In this document: in pieces, positions 44,713 to 59,700 of the stretch
Layout: each line of letters begins with the position of its first letter
Numbering within the stretch: the first letter of the stretch is position 1
DNA from: Centroscyllium fabricii
Lineage: Eukaryota
Reading direction: 5' to 3'
Assembly (NCBI GenBank): GCA_051313645.2
Contig: JBNRSN020000470.1
Coordinates: 186,001 to 250,000, forward strand
Length of the DNA stretch: 64,000 bases
Translations under genes and position numbers: made by a program
Notes under the pieces: model-generated
Told to the model about the DNA's origin: nothing
The model's database searches: none
The model's input: the letters and a program-made list of their open reading frames with translations, nothing else

Positions 44713-47700
44713 GGGGAGATAATACCCGCCGTACTGGTGGAGATAATACCTGATGTACTGGGGGAGATAATACCCGCCGTACTGCGGGAGATAATATCCG
44801 CCGTACTGGGGGTGATAATACCCGCTGTACTGGGGGAGATAATACCCGCCGTACTGGGGGAGATAATACCCGCCGTACTGGGGGAGATAGTACCCGCCGT
44901 ACTGGGGGTGATAATACCCGCCGTACTGGTGGAGATAATACCCGCCGTACTGGGGGTGATAATACCCGCCGCACTGGGTGAGATAATACCCGCCGTACTG
45001 GGGGTGATAATACCTGCTGTACTGGTGGAGATAATACCCGCCGTACTGGGGGAGATAATACCCGCCGTACTGGGGGAGATAATACCCGCCGTACTGGGGG
45101 AGATAATACCCGCCGTACTGGGGGAAATAATACCTGCCGTACTGGGGGAGATAATACCCGCCGTACTGGGGGTGATAATACCCACCGTACTGGGGGTGAT
45201 AATACCTCACTTACTGGGTGAGATAATACTCGCCGTACTGGGTGAGATAATACCTGCTGTACTGGTGGAGCTAATACCTGCCGTACTGGGGGAGATAATA
45301 CCCGCCGTACTGGGGGAGATAATACCCGCCAAGTGGGGTGATGATACCCGCCGTACTGGGGGTGATAATACCCGCCGCACTGGGTGAGATAATACCCGCC
45401 GTACTGGGGGTGATAATACCTGCTGTACTGGTGGAGCTAATACCTGCCGTACTGGGGGAGATAATACCCGCCGTACTGGGGGAGATAATACCCGCCAAGT
45501 GGGGTGATGATACCCGCCGTACTGGGGGTGATAATACCCGCCGTACTTGGGGAGATAATACCCACCGTACTGGGGGAGATAATACCCGCCGTACTGGGGG
45601 AGGTAATACCCGCCGTACTGGAGGAGATAATACCCAACGTACTGGGAGTGATGATACCCACCGTACTGGGGGAGATAATACCCGCCGTACTGAGGGAGGT
45701 AATACCCGCCGTACTGGGGGAGATAATACCCGCCGTACTGGAGGAGATAATACCTGCCGTACTGGGGATGATAATACCTGCCGTACTGGGAATGGTAATA
45801 CCTGCCGTACTGGGGGGAATAATACCTGACGTATCTGTGGCCGATAATTGCTGCCGTACTCGGGGAGATAATACCTGCCGTACTGGAGGAGATCATACCC
45901 GCCGTACTGGGGGAGATAATACGTGCCGTACTGGGGGAGATAATACCCGCCGTGCTGGGGGAGATAATACCCGCCGTACTGGGGGTGATAACACCTGATG
46001 CAGTGGGGGTGTTCATACCTGCCATACTGGGGGTGATAATACCCGCCGTACTGGGGGAGATAATACCCGCCGTAGTGGGGGTGATAATACCTGCTGTACT
46101 GGGGATGTTAATACCTCATGTACTGGCCTTGATAATACCTGCCGTACTGGGAGTGATGATACCCGCCGTACTGGGGGTGATAATGCCCGCCGTACTGGGG
46201 GAGATAATACCCGCCGTACTGGAGGAGATAATACCCAACGTACAGGGAGTTATAATACCTGCTGTACTGGGGGAGATGATACCTGCCCTACTGGGAATAA
46301 TAATATTCGCCGTACTGGGGGAGATAATACCCGACGTACTGCGGGTGATAATACCCGCCGTACTGAGGGAGATAATACCCACCGTACTCGGGGAGATAAT
46401 ACCCGCCGTACTGGAGGAGATAATACCCGCCGTACTGGGGCGTCATAATACCAGCCGTACTGTGGATGATTATACCTGCCGTACTGGGAATGGTAATAAC
46501 TGCCGTACTGGGGGGAATAATACCGGACATACTGGGGGAGATAATACCTACCGTAATGGAGGAGATAATACCTACCGTAATGGAGGAGATAATACCCTCC
46601 GTACTGGGGGAGATAATACCTGCCGTACTGGGGGAGATAATACCCGCCGCACTGGTTGTGATAATACCTGCTGTACTGGGGGTGATAATACCCGCCGTAC
46701 TGGGGGAGATAATACCTGCCGTACTGGGGGAGATAATACCTGCCGTAGTGGGGGTGATGATACCCGCTGTACTGGGGGAGATTATACCCGCCGTACTGGA
46801 GGAGATAATACCCGCCGTACTGGGGGAGATAATACCTGCCGTACTCGGGGAGATAATACCCGCCGCACTGGTTGTGATAATACCTGCTGTACTGGGGGTG
46901 ATAATACCAGCCGTACTGGGGGTGATAATACCTGCCGTACTGGTTGCGATAATACCTGCTGTACTGGGGGAGATAATACCTGCCGTACTGGGGATGATAA
47001 TACCTGCCGTACTGGGAATGGTAATACCTGCCGTAGTGGGGGGAATAATACCTGACGTATCTGTGGCCGATAATTGCTGCCGTACTCGGGGAGATAATAC
47101 CTGCCGTACTGGAGGAGATCAAACCCGCCGTACTGGGGGAGATAATACCCGCCGTCCTGGGGGAGATAATACCTGCCGTACTTGTGGACATAATACCTGC
47201 CGTACTGGGGGAGATAATAGCTTTCGTACTGGGGGAGATAAAACCTGCCGTACTGGGGGAGATAAAACCTGCCGTACTGGGGGAGATAATACGTGCCGTA
47301 CTGGGGGTGATAATACGTGCCGTACTGGGGGTGATAATACGTGCCGTACTGGGGGAGATAATACGTGCCATACTGGTTTGATAATACCTGCCGTGCTGGG
47401 GGTGATAATACCCGCCGTGCTGGGGGAGATAATACCCGCCGTACTGGGGGTGATAACACCTGATGCAGTGGGGGTGATCATACCTGCCATACTGGGGGTG
47501 ATAATACCTGCCGTACTGGGGCAGATAATACCTGCTGTACTTGGGGTGATAATACCCGCCGTACTGGGGGAGATAATACCCGCCGTAGTGGGGGTGATAA
47601 TACCCGCTGTACTGGGGATGTTAATACCTCATGTACTGGCCTTGATAATACCTGCCGTACTGGGAGTGATGATACCCGCCGTACTGGGGGTGATAATGCC

Positions 47701-50700
47701 CGCCGTACTGGGGGAGATAATACCCGCCGTACTGGAGGAGATAATACCCAACGTACTGGGAGTGATAATACCCAACGTACAGGGAGTTATAATACCTGCT
47801 GTACTGGGGGAGATAATACCTGCCGTACTGCGAGTGATAATACCCGCCGTACTGGGGAGATAATACCCGCCGTACTGGGGAGATAATACCCGCCGTACTG
47901 GGGGAGATAATACCCGCCGTACTGGGGGAGATAATACCTGCCGTACTGGGGGAGATAATACCTGCCGTACTGGGGGAGATAATACCTGCCGTACTGGAGG
48001 AGATAATACCCGCCGTACCGGAGGAGATAATACCCGCCGTACTGGGGATGATAATACCCGCCGTACTGGAGGAGATAATACCTGCCGTACTGGAGGAGAT
48101 AATACCCGCCGTACTGGAGGAGCTAATACCCGCCGTACTGGGGGAGATAATACCCGCCGTACTGGGGGAGATAATACCCGCCGTACTGGGAGAGATAATA
48201 CCCGCCGTACTGGGGGAGATAATACACGCCGTACTGGGGGAGATAATACCCGCCGTACTGGGGGAGATAGTACCCGCCGTACTGGGGGAGATAGTACCCG
48301 CCGTACTGGGGGAGATAATACCCGCCGTACTGGAGGAGATAATACCCGCCGTACTGGGGGAGATAATACCCGCCAAGTGGGGTGATAATACCTGCCGTAT
48401 TGGGGGTGATAATACCCGCCGTAGTTGGGGAGATGATACCCGCCGTACTGGGGGAGGTAATACCCGCCGTACTGGAGGAGATAATACCCAACGTACTGGG
48501 AGTGATGATACCCGCCGTACTGGAGGAGATAATACCTGCCGTACTGCGAGTGATAATACCCGCCGTACTGCGAGTGATAATACCCGCCGTACTGGGGGAG
48601 ATGATACCTGCCCTACTGGGAATAATAATATTCGCCGCACTGGGGGAGATAATACCCGCCGTACTGGGGGTGATAATACCCGCCGTACTGAGGGAGATAA
48701 TACCCACCGTACTCGGGGAGATAATACCCGCCGTACTGGGGGAGATAATACCTGCCGTACTGGGGGAGATGATACCTGCCGTAGTGGGGGTGATGATACC
48801 CGCTGTACTGGGGGAGATTATACCCGCCGTACTGGAGGAGATAATACCCGCCGTACTGGGGGAGATAATACCTGCCGTATTGGGGGAGATAATACCCGCC
48901 GCACTGGTTGTGATAATACCTCCTGTACTGGGGGTGATGATACCCGCCGTACTGGGGGTGATAATACCCGCCGTACTTGGGGAGATAATACCCGCCGTAC
49001 TGGGGGAGATAATACCCGCCGTTCTGGGGGAGGTAATACCCGCCGTACTGGAGGAGATAATACCCAACGTATTGGGAGTGATGATACCCGCCGTACTGGA
49101 GGAGATAATACCTGCCGTACTGCGAGTGATAATACCCGCCGTACTGGGGGAGATGATACCTGCCCTACTGGGAATAATAATATTCGCCGTTCTGGGGGAG
49201 ATAATACCCGCCGTACTGGGGGTGATAATACTCGCCGTACTGAGGGAGATAATACCCACCGTACTCGGGGAGATAATACCCGCCGTACTGGAGGAGATAA
49301 TACCCGCCGTACTGGGGCGTCATAATACCAGCCGTACTGGGGATGATAATACCTGCCGTACTGGGAATGGTAATACCTGCCGTACTGGGGGGAATAATAC
49401 CGGACATACTGTGGGCGATAATTGCTGCCGTACTCGGGGAGATAATACCTGCCGTACTGGAGGAGATAATACCCGCTGTAGTGGGGGAGATAATACCCGC
49501 CGTACTGGGGGAGATAATACCCGCCGTACTGGAGGAGATAATACCCAACGTACAGGGAGTTATAACACCTGCTGTACTGGGGGAGATGATACCTGCCCTA
49601 CTGGGAATAATAATATTCGCCGTACTGGGGGAGATAATACCCGACGTACTGGGGGTGATAATACCCGCCGTACTGAGGGAGATAATACCCACCGTACTCG
49701 GGGAGATAATACCCGCCGTACTGGAGGAGATAATACCCGCCGTACTGGGGCGTCATAATACCAGCCGTACTGGGGGTGATAATACCTGCCGTACTGGTTG
49801 CGATAATACCTGCTGTACTGGGGGTGATAATACACACCGTACTCGGGGAGATAATACCTGCCGTACTGGAGGAGATAATACCCGTCGTACTGGGGCGTCA
49901 TAATACCAGCTGTACTGTGGATGATTATACCTGCCGTACTGGGAATGGTAATAACTGCCGTACTGGGGGGAATAATACCGGACATACTGGGGGAGATAAT
50001 ACCTACCGTAATGGAGGAGATAATACCCTCCGTACTGGGGGAGATAATACCCGCCGTACTGGAGGAGATAATACCCGCCGTACTGGGGGAGATAATACCT
50101 GCCGTACTGGGGGAGATAATACCCGCCGCACTGGTTGTGATAATACCTGCTGTACTGGGGGTGATAATACCCACTGTACTGGGGGTGATAATACCCGCCG
50201 TACTGGGGGAGATAATACCTGCCGTACTGGGGGAGATAATACCTGCCGTAGTGGGGGTGATGATACCCGCTGTACTGGGGGAGATTATACCCGCCATACT
50301 GGAGGAGATAATACCCGCCGTACTGGGGGAGATAATACCTGCCGTACTGGGGGAGATAATACCCGCCGCACTGGTTGTGATAATACCTGCTGTACTGGGG
50401 GTGATAATACCAGCCGTACTGGGGGTGATAATACCTGCCGTACTGGTTGCGATAATACCTGCTGTACTGGGGGAGATAATACCTGCCGTACTGGGGATGA
50501 TAATACCTGCCGTACTGGGAATGGTAATACCTGCCGTAGTGGGGGGAATAATACCTGACGTATCTGTGGCCGATAATTGCTGCCGTACTCGGGGAGATAA
50601 TACCTGCCGTACTGGAGGAGATCAAACCCGCCGTACTGGGGGAGATAATACCCGCCGTCCTGGGGGAGATAATACCTGCCGTACTTGTGGACATAATACC

Positions 50701-53700
50701 TGCCGTACTGGGGGAGATAATAGCTTCCGTACTGGGGGAGATAAAAGCTGCCGTACTGGGGGAGATAAAAGCTGCCGTACTGGGGGAGATAAAAGCTGCC
50801 GTACTGGGGGAGATAATACGTGCCGTACTGGGGGTGATAATACGTGCCGTACTGGGGGAGATAATACGTGCCATACTGGTTTGATAATACCTGCCGTACT
50901 GGGGGTGATAATACCCGCCGTGCTGGGGGAGATAATACCCGCCGTACTGGGGGTGATAACACCTGATGCAGTGGGGGTGATCATACCTGCCATACTGGGG
51001 GTGATAATACCCGCCGTACTGGGGGAGATAATACCTGCTGTACTTGGGGTGATAATACCGCCGTACTGGGGGAGATAATACCCGCCGTAGTGGGGGTGAT
51101 AATACCCGCTGTACTGGGGATGTTAATACCTCATGTACTGGCCTTGATAATACCTGCCGTACTGGGAGTGATGATACCCGCCGTACTGGGGGTGATAATG
51201 CCCGCCGTACTGGGGGAGATAATACCCGCCGTACTGGAGGAGATAATACCCAACGTACTGGGAGTGATAATACCCAACGTACAGGGAGTTATAATACCTG
51301 CTGTACTGGGGGAGATAATACCTGCCGTACTGCGAGTGATAATACCTGCCGTACTGGGGAGATAATACCCGCCGTACTGGGGGAGATAATACCTGCCGTA
51401 CTGGGGGAGATAATACCTGCCGTACTGGAGGAGATAATACCCGCCGTACTGGAGGAGATAATGCCCGCCGTACTGTGGGAGATAATACCCGCCGTACCGG
51501 AGGAGATAATACCCGCCGTACTGGGGATGATAATACCCGCCGTACTGGAGGAGATAATACCTGCCGTACTGGAGGAGATAATACCTGCCGTACTGGAGGA
51601 GCTAATACCCGCCGTACTGGGGGAGATAATACCCGCCGTACTGGGGGAGATAATACCCGCCGTACTGGGGGAGATAATACCCGCCGTACTGGGGGAGATA
51701 ATACCTGCCGTACTGGGAATGGTAATACCTGCCGTACTCGGGGAGATAATACCTGCCGTACTGGAGGAGATAATACCCGCTGTAGTGGGGGAGATAATAC
51801 CCGCCGTACTGGGGGAGATAATACCTGCCGTACTGGAGGAGATAATACCCTCCGTCCTGGGGGAGATAATACCCGCCGTACTGGAGGAGATAATACCCGC
51901 CGTACTGGAGGAGATAATACCTGAGGTACTGGAGGAGATCATACCCGCTGTACTGGGGGAGATTATACCTGCCGTACTGGAGGGGATAATACCCGCCGTA
52001 CTGGAGGAGATAATACCTGAGGTACTGGAGGAGATCATACCCGCCGTACTGGGGGAGATAATACCCGCCGTACTAGGGGAGATAATACCTGCCGTACTGG
52101 GGGAGATAATACCCGCCGTACTGGGGGTGATAATACCCGCCGTGCTGGGGGAGATAATACCCGCCGTACTGGGGGTGATAACACCTGATGCAGTGGGGGT
52201 GATCATACCTGCCATACTGGGGGAGATAATACCCGCCGTAGTGGGGGTGATAATACCTACGGTACTGGGGATGATAATACCCGCCGTACTGGGGGAGATA
52301 ATACCCGCCGTATTGGGGGAGATAATACCCGCCGTATTGGGGGAGATAATATCCGCCGTATTGGGGGAGATAATACCCGCCGTATTGGGGGAGATAATAC
52401 CCGCCGTATTGGGGGAGATAATACCCGCCGTATTGGGGGAGATAATACCCGCCGTATTGGGGGAGATTATATCCGCCGTATTGGGGGAGATAATACCTGC
52501 CGTACTGGGGGTGATAATACCCGCCGTACTGGGGGTGATAATACCCAACGTACTGGGAGTGATAATACCCAACGTACAGGGAGTTATAATACCTGCTGTA
52601 CTGGGGGAGATAATACCTGCCGTACTGGGGGAGATAATACCTGCCGTACTGGGGGAGATAATACCTGCCGTACTGGGGAGATAATACCCGCTGTACTGGG
52701 GAGATAATACCTGCTGTACTGGGGAGATAATACCCGCCGTACTGGGGGAGGTAATACCTGCCGTACTGGGGGAGATAATACCTGCCGTACTGGGGGAGAT
52801 AATACCTGCCGTACTGCGAGTGATAATACCTGCCGTACTGGGAATGGGAATACCTGCCGTACTGGGGAGATAATACCCGCCGTACTGGGGGAGATAATAC
52901 CTGCCGTACTGGGGGAGATAATACCTGCCGTACTGGAGGCGATAATACCCGCCGTACTGTGGGAGATAATACCCGCCGTACTGGAGGAGATAATACCCGC
53001 CGTACTGGGAGTGATAATATCCGCAGTACTGTGGGAGATAATACCTGCCGTATTGTGGGAGATAATAACTGCCGTACTGTGGGAGATAATAACTGCCGTA
53101 CTGCGGCAGATAACACCAGCCGTACTGCGTGAGATACTACCCGCCAAGGGGGGAGATAATACCCGCTCTACTGGGTGACATAATACCCGCCGTACTGGGG
53201 GAGATAATACCCGCCGTACTGGGGGAGATAATACCCATTGTACTGGGGGAGATAATACCCGCCGTACTGGGGGAGATAATACCCGCCGTACTGGGGGAGA
53301 TAATACCCACTGTACTGGGGGAGATAATACCCGCAGTACTGGGGGAGATAATACCTGCCGTACTGGGGGAGATAATACCCGCAGTACTGGGGGTGATAAT
53401 ACCTGCCGTACTGGGGTGATAATACCCGCCGTACTGGGGGAGGTAATACTCGCCGTACTCGGGGAGATAATACCTGCTGTACTGGGGGAGATAATACCCG
53501 CTGTACTGGAGGAGATAATACCTGCCGTCCTGGGGGAGATAATACCCGCCGTACAGGGGGTGATAATATCCGCCGTACTGGGGGGAGATAATACCTGCCG
53601 TACTGGGGGAGATAATACCCGCCGTACTGGAGGCGATAATACCCGCCGTATTGGAGGAGATAATACCCGCCGTACTGTGGGAGATAATACCCGCCGTACC

Positions 53701-56700
53701 GGAGGAGATAATACCCGCCGTACTGGGGATGATAATACCCGCCGTACTGGAGGAGATAATACCTGCTGTACTGGAGGAGATAATACCTGCCGTACTGGAG
53801 GAGCTAATACCCGCCGTACTGGGGGAGATAATACCCGCCGTACTGGGGGAGATAATACCTGCCGTACTGGGGGAGATAATACCTGCCGTACTGGGGGAGA
53901 TAATACCCGCCGTACTAGGGGCGATAATACACGCCGTACTGGGGGAGATAATACCCGCCGTACTGGGGGAGATAGTACCCGCCGTACTGGGGGAGATAAT
54001 ACCCGCCGTACTGGAGGAGATAATACCCGCCGTACTGGGGGAGATAATACCCGCCAAGTGGGGTGATAATACCTGCCGTATTGGGGGTGATGATACCCGC
54101 CGTACTGGGGGAGATAATACCCGCCGTTCTGGGGGAGGTAATACCCGCCGTACTGGAGGAGATAACACCCAACGTATTGGGAGTGATGATACCCGCCGTA
54201 CTGGAGGAGATAATACCTGCCGTACTGCGAGTGATAATACCCGCCGTACTGGGGGAGATGATACCTGCCCTACTGGGAATAATAATATTCGCCGTTCTGG
54301 GGGAGATAATACCCACCGTACTGGGGGTGATAATACTCGCCGTACTGAGGGAGATAATACCCACCGTACTCGGGGAGATAATACCCGCCGTACTGGAGGA
54401 GATAATACCCGCCGTACTGGGGCGTCATAATACCAGCCGTACTGGGGGTGATAATACCTTCCGTACTGGTTGCGATAATACCTGCTGTACTGGGGGTGAT
54501 AATACCCACCGTACTCGGCGAGGTAATACCCGCCGTACTGGAGGAGATAATACCCGCCGTACTGGGGCGTCATAATACCAGCCGTACTGGGGGTGATGAT
54601 ACCCGCCGTACTTGGGGAGATAATACCCGCCGTACTGGAGGCGATAATACCCGCCGTACTGGTGGAGATAATACCCGCAGTACTGTGGGAGATAATAGCT
54701 GCCGTATTGTGGGAGATAATAACTGCCGTACTGTGGGAGATAATAACTGCCGTACTGCGGCAGATAACACCAGCCGTACTGCGTGAGATACTACCCGCCA
54801 AGGGGGGAGATAATACCCGCTCTACTGGGTGACATAATACCCGCCGTACTGGGGGAGATAATACCCGCCGTACTGGGGGAGATAATACCCACTGTACTGG
54901 GGGAGATAATACCCGCCGTACTGGGGGAGATAATACCCGCCGTACTGGGGGAGATAATACCCACTGTACTGGGGGAGATAATACCCGCAGTACTGGGGGA
55001 GATAATACCTGCCGTACTGGGGGAGATAATACCCGCAGTACTGGGGGTGATAATACCTGCCGTACTGGGGTGATAATACCCGCCGTACTGGGGGAGGTAA
55101 TACTCGCCGTACTCGGGGAGATAATACCTGCCGTACTGGGGGAGATAATACCCGCTGTACTGGAGGAGATAATACCTGCCGTCCTGGGGGAGATAATACC
55201 CGCCGTACAGGGGGTGATAATATCCGCCGTACTGGGGAGATAATACTCGCCTTACTGGGTGAGATAATACCCGCCTTACTGGGTGAGATAATACCCGCCG
55301 TACTGGGTGAGATAATACCTGCCGTACTGGGGGAGATAATACCCGCCGTACTGGAGGCGATAATACCCGCCGTATTGGAGGAGATAATACCCGCCGTACT
55401 GTGGGAGATAATACCCGCCGTACCGGAGGAGATAATACCCGCCGTACTGGGTGAGATAATACCCGCCGTACTGGGGGAGATAATACCCGCCGTACTGGGG
55501 GAGATAATACCCGCCAAGTGGGGTGATAATACCTGCCGTATTGGGGGTGATGATACCCGCCGTACTGGGGGTGATAATACCCGCCGTACTGGGGGAGATA
55601 ATACCCGCCGTTCTGGGGGAGGTAATACCCGCCGTACTGGAGGAGATAACACCCAACGTATTGGGAGTGATGATACCCGCCGTACTGGAGGAGATAATAC
55701 CTGCCGTACTGCGAGTGATAATACCCGCCGTACTGGGGGAGATGATACCTGCCCTACTGGGAATAATAATATTCGCCGTTCTGGGGGAGATAATACCCAC
55801 CGTACTGGGGGTGATAATACTCGCCGTACTGAGGGAGATAATACCCACCGTACTCGGGGAGATAATACCCGCCGTACTGGAGGAGATAATACCCGCCGTA
55901 CTGGGGCGTCATAATACCCGCCGTACTGGGGATGATAATACCTGCCGTACTGGGAATGGTAATACCTGCCGTACTGGGGGGAATAATACCGGACATACTG
56001 TGGGCGATAATTGCTGCCGTACTTGGGGAGATAATACCTGCCGTACTGGGGGAGATAATACCTCCCGTAGTGGGGGTGATGATACCCGCTGTACTGGGGG
56101 AGATTATACCTGCCGTACTGGAGGGGATAATACCCGCCGTACTGGAGGAGATAATACCCGCCGTACTAGGGGAGATAATACCCACCGTACTGGGGGTGAT
56201 AATACCCACCGTACTGGGGGTGATAATACCCACCGTGCTGGGGGAGATAATACCCGCCGTACTTGGGGAGATAATACCCGCCGTACTGGGGGAGATAATA
56301 CCCGCCGTTCTGGGGGAGGTAATACCCGCCGTACTGGAGGAGATAATACCCGACGTATTGGGAGTGATGATACCCGCCGTACTGGAGGAGATAATACCTG
56401 CCGTACTGCGAGTGATAATACCCGCCGTACTGGGGGAGATGATACCTGCCCTACTGGGAATAATAATATTCGCCGTTCTGGGGGAGATAATACCCGCCGT
56501 ACTGGGGGTGATAATACTCGCCGTACTGAGGGAGATAATACCCACCGTACTCGGGGAGATAATACCCGCCGTACTGGAGGAGATAATACCCGCCATACTG
56601 GGGCGTCATAATACCAGCCGTACTGGGGGTGATAATACCTGCCGTACTGGTTGCGATAATACCTGCTGTACTGGGGGTGATAATACCCACCGTACTCGGG

Positions 56701-59700
56701 GAGATAATACCCGCCGTACTGGAGGAGATAATACCCGCCGTACTGGGGCGTCATAATACCAGCCGTACTGGGGATGATAATACCTGGTGTACTGGGAATG
56801 GTAATACCTGCCGTACTGGGGGTAATAATACCGGACATACTGTGGGCGATAATTGCTGCCGTACTCGGGGAGATAATACCTGCCGTACTGGAGGAGATAA
56901 TACCCGCTGTAGTGGGGGAGATAATACCCGCCGTACTGGGGGCGATAATACACGCCGTACTGGGGGCGATAATACACGCCGTACTGGGGGAGATAATACC
57001 CGCCGTACTGGGGGAGATAGTACCCGCCGTACTGGGGGAGATAATACCCGCCGTACTGGAGGAGATAATACCCGCCGTACTGGGGGAGATAATACCCGGC
57101 AAGTGGGGTGATAATACCTGCCGTATTGGGGGTGATGATACCCGCCGTACTGGGGGTGGTGATACCCGCCGTACTTGGGGAGATAATACCCGCCGTACTG
57201 GAGGCGATAATACCCGCCGTACTGGTGGAGATAATACCCGCAGTGCTGTGGGAGATAATACCTGCCGTTCTGTGGGAGATAATAACTGCCGTACTGTGGG
57301 AGATAATAACTGCCGTACTGCGGCAGATAACACCAGCCGTACTGCGTGAGATACTACCCGCCAAGGGGGGAGATAATACCCGCTCTACTGGGGGAGATAA
57401 TACCCGCCGTACTGGGGGAGATAATACCCGCCGTACTGGGGGAGATAATACCCACTGTACTGGGGGAGATAATACCCGCAGTACTGGGGGAGATGATACC
57501 TGCCGTACTGGGGGAGATAATACCCGCAGTACTGGGGGTGATAATACCTGCCGTACTGGGGTGATAATACCCGCCGTACTGGGGGAGGTAATACTCGCTG
57601 TACTCGGGGAGATAATACCTGCCGTACTGGGGGAGGTAATACCCGCTGTACTGGGGGAGATAATACCTGCCGTCCTGGGGGAGATAATACCCGCCGTACA
57701 GGGGGAGATAATACCCGCCGTACAGGGGGAGATAATACCCGCCGTACAGGGGGAGATAATACCCGCCGTACAGGGGGAGATAATACCCGCCGTACTGGGG
57801 GAGATAATACCCGCCGTACTGGGGGAGATAATACTCGCTGTACTGGGTGAGATAATACCCGCCGTACTGGGGGAGATAATACCTGCCGTACTGGGGGAGA
57901 TAATACCTGCCGTACTGGGGGAGATAATACCTGCCGTACTGGAGGCGATAATACCCGCCGTATTGGAGGAGATAATACCCGCCGTACTGTGGGAGATAAT
58001 ACCCGCCGTACTGGAGGAGATAATACCCGCCGTACTGGAGGAGATAATACCTGCCGTACTGGAGGAGCTATTACCTGCCGTACTGGAGGAGCTAATACCT
58101 GCTGTACTGGAGGAGCTAATACCTGCTGTACTGTGGGAATAATACTTGCCGTACTGGGGGAGATAATACCCGCCGTACTGGGGGGAGATAATACCTGCCA
58201 TACTGGGGGAGATAATACACGCCGTACTGGGGGAGATAATACCCGCCGTACTGGGGGAGATAGTACCCGCCGTACTGGGGGAGATAATACCCGCCGTACT
58301 GGAGGAGATAATACCCGCCGTACTGGGGGAGATAATACCCGCCAAGTGGGGTGATAATACCTGCAGTATTGGGGGTGATGATACCCGCCGTGCTGGGGGT
58401 GGTAATACCCGCCGTACTTGGGGAGATAATACCTGCCGTACTGGGGGAGATAATACCCGCCGTTCTGGGGGAGGTAATACCCGCCGTTCTGGGGGAGGTA
58501 ATACCCGCCGTACTGGAGGAGATAATACCCAACGTATTGGGAGTGATGATACCCGCCGTACTGCGAGTGATAATACCCGCCGTACTGGGGGAGATGATAC
58601 CTGCCCTACTGGGAATAATAATATTCGCCGTTCTGGGGGAGATAATACCCGCCGTACTGGGGGTGATAATACTCGCCGTACTGAGGGAGATAATACCCAC
58701 CGTACTCGGGGAGATAATACCCGCCGTACTGGAGGAGATAATACCCGCCGTACTGGGGCGTCATAATACCAGCCGTACTGGGGGTGATAATACCTGCCGT
58801 ACTGGTTGCGATAATACCTGCTGTACTGGGGGTGATAATACCCACCGTACTCGGGGAGATAATACCCGCCGTACTGGAGGAGATAATACCCGCCGTACTG
58901 GAGGAGATAATACCCGCCGTACTGGGGATGATAATACCCGCCGTACTGGGGGAGATAATACCCGCCGTACTGGGGGAGATAATACCCGCCGTACTGGGAG
59001 TGATAATACCTGCTGTACTGGAGGAGATAATACCCGCCGTACTGGGGGAGATAATACCCGCCGTACTGGGGGAGATAATACCCGCCGTACTGGGGGAGAT
59101 AATACCTGCCGTACTGGGGGAGATAATACCTGCCGTACTGGGGGAGATAATACCCGCCGTACTGGGGGAGATAATACCCGCCGTACTGGGGGAGATAATA
59201 CCCGCCGTACTGGGGGAGATAATACCCGCCGTACTGGGGGAGATAATACCCGCCGTACTGGGGGAGATAATACCCGCCGTACTGGGGGAGATAATACCCG
59301 CCGTACTGGAGGAGATAATGCCCGCCAAGTGGGGTGATAATACCTGCCGTATTGGGGGTGATGATACCCGCCGTACTGGGGGTGGTGATACCCGCCGTAC
59401 TTGGGGAGATAATACCCGCCGTACTGGAGGCGATAATACCCGCCGTACTGGTGGAGATAATACCCGCAGTACTGTGGGAGATAACACCTGCCGTACTGTG
59501 GGAGATAATAACTGCCGTACTGTGGGAGATAATAACTGCCGTACTGCGGCAGATAACACCAGCCGTACTGCGTGAGATACTACCCGCCAAGGGGGGAGAT
59601 AATACCCGCTCTACTGGGGGAGATAATACCCGCCGTACTGGGGGAGATAATACCCGCCGTACTGGGGGAGATAATACCCACTGTACTGGGGGAGATAATA

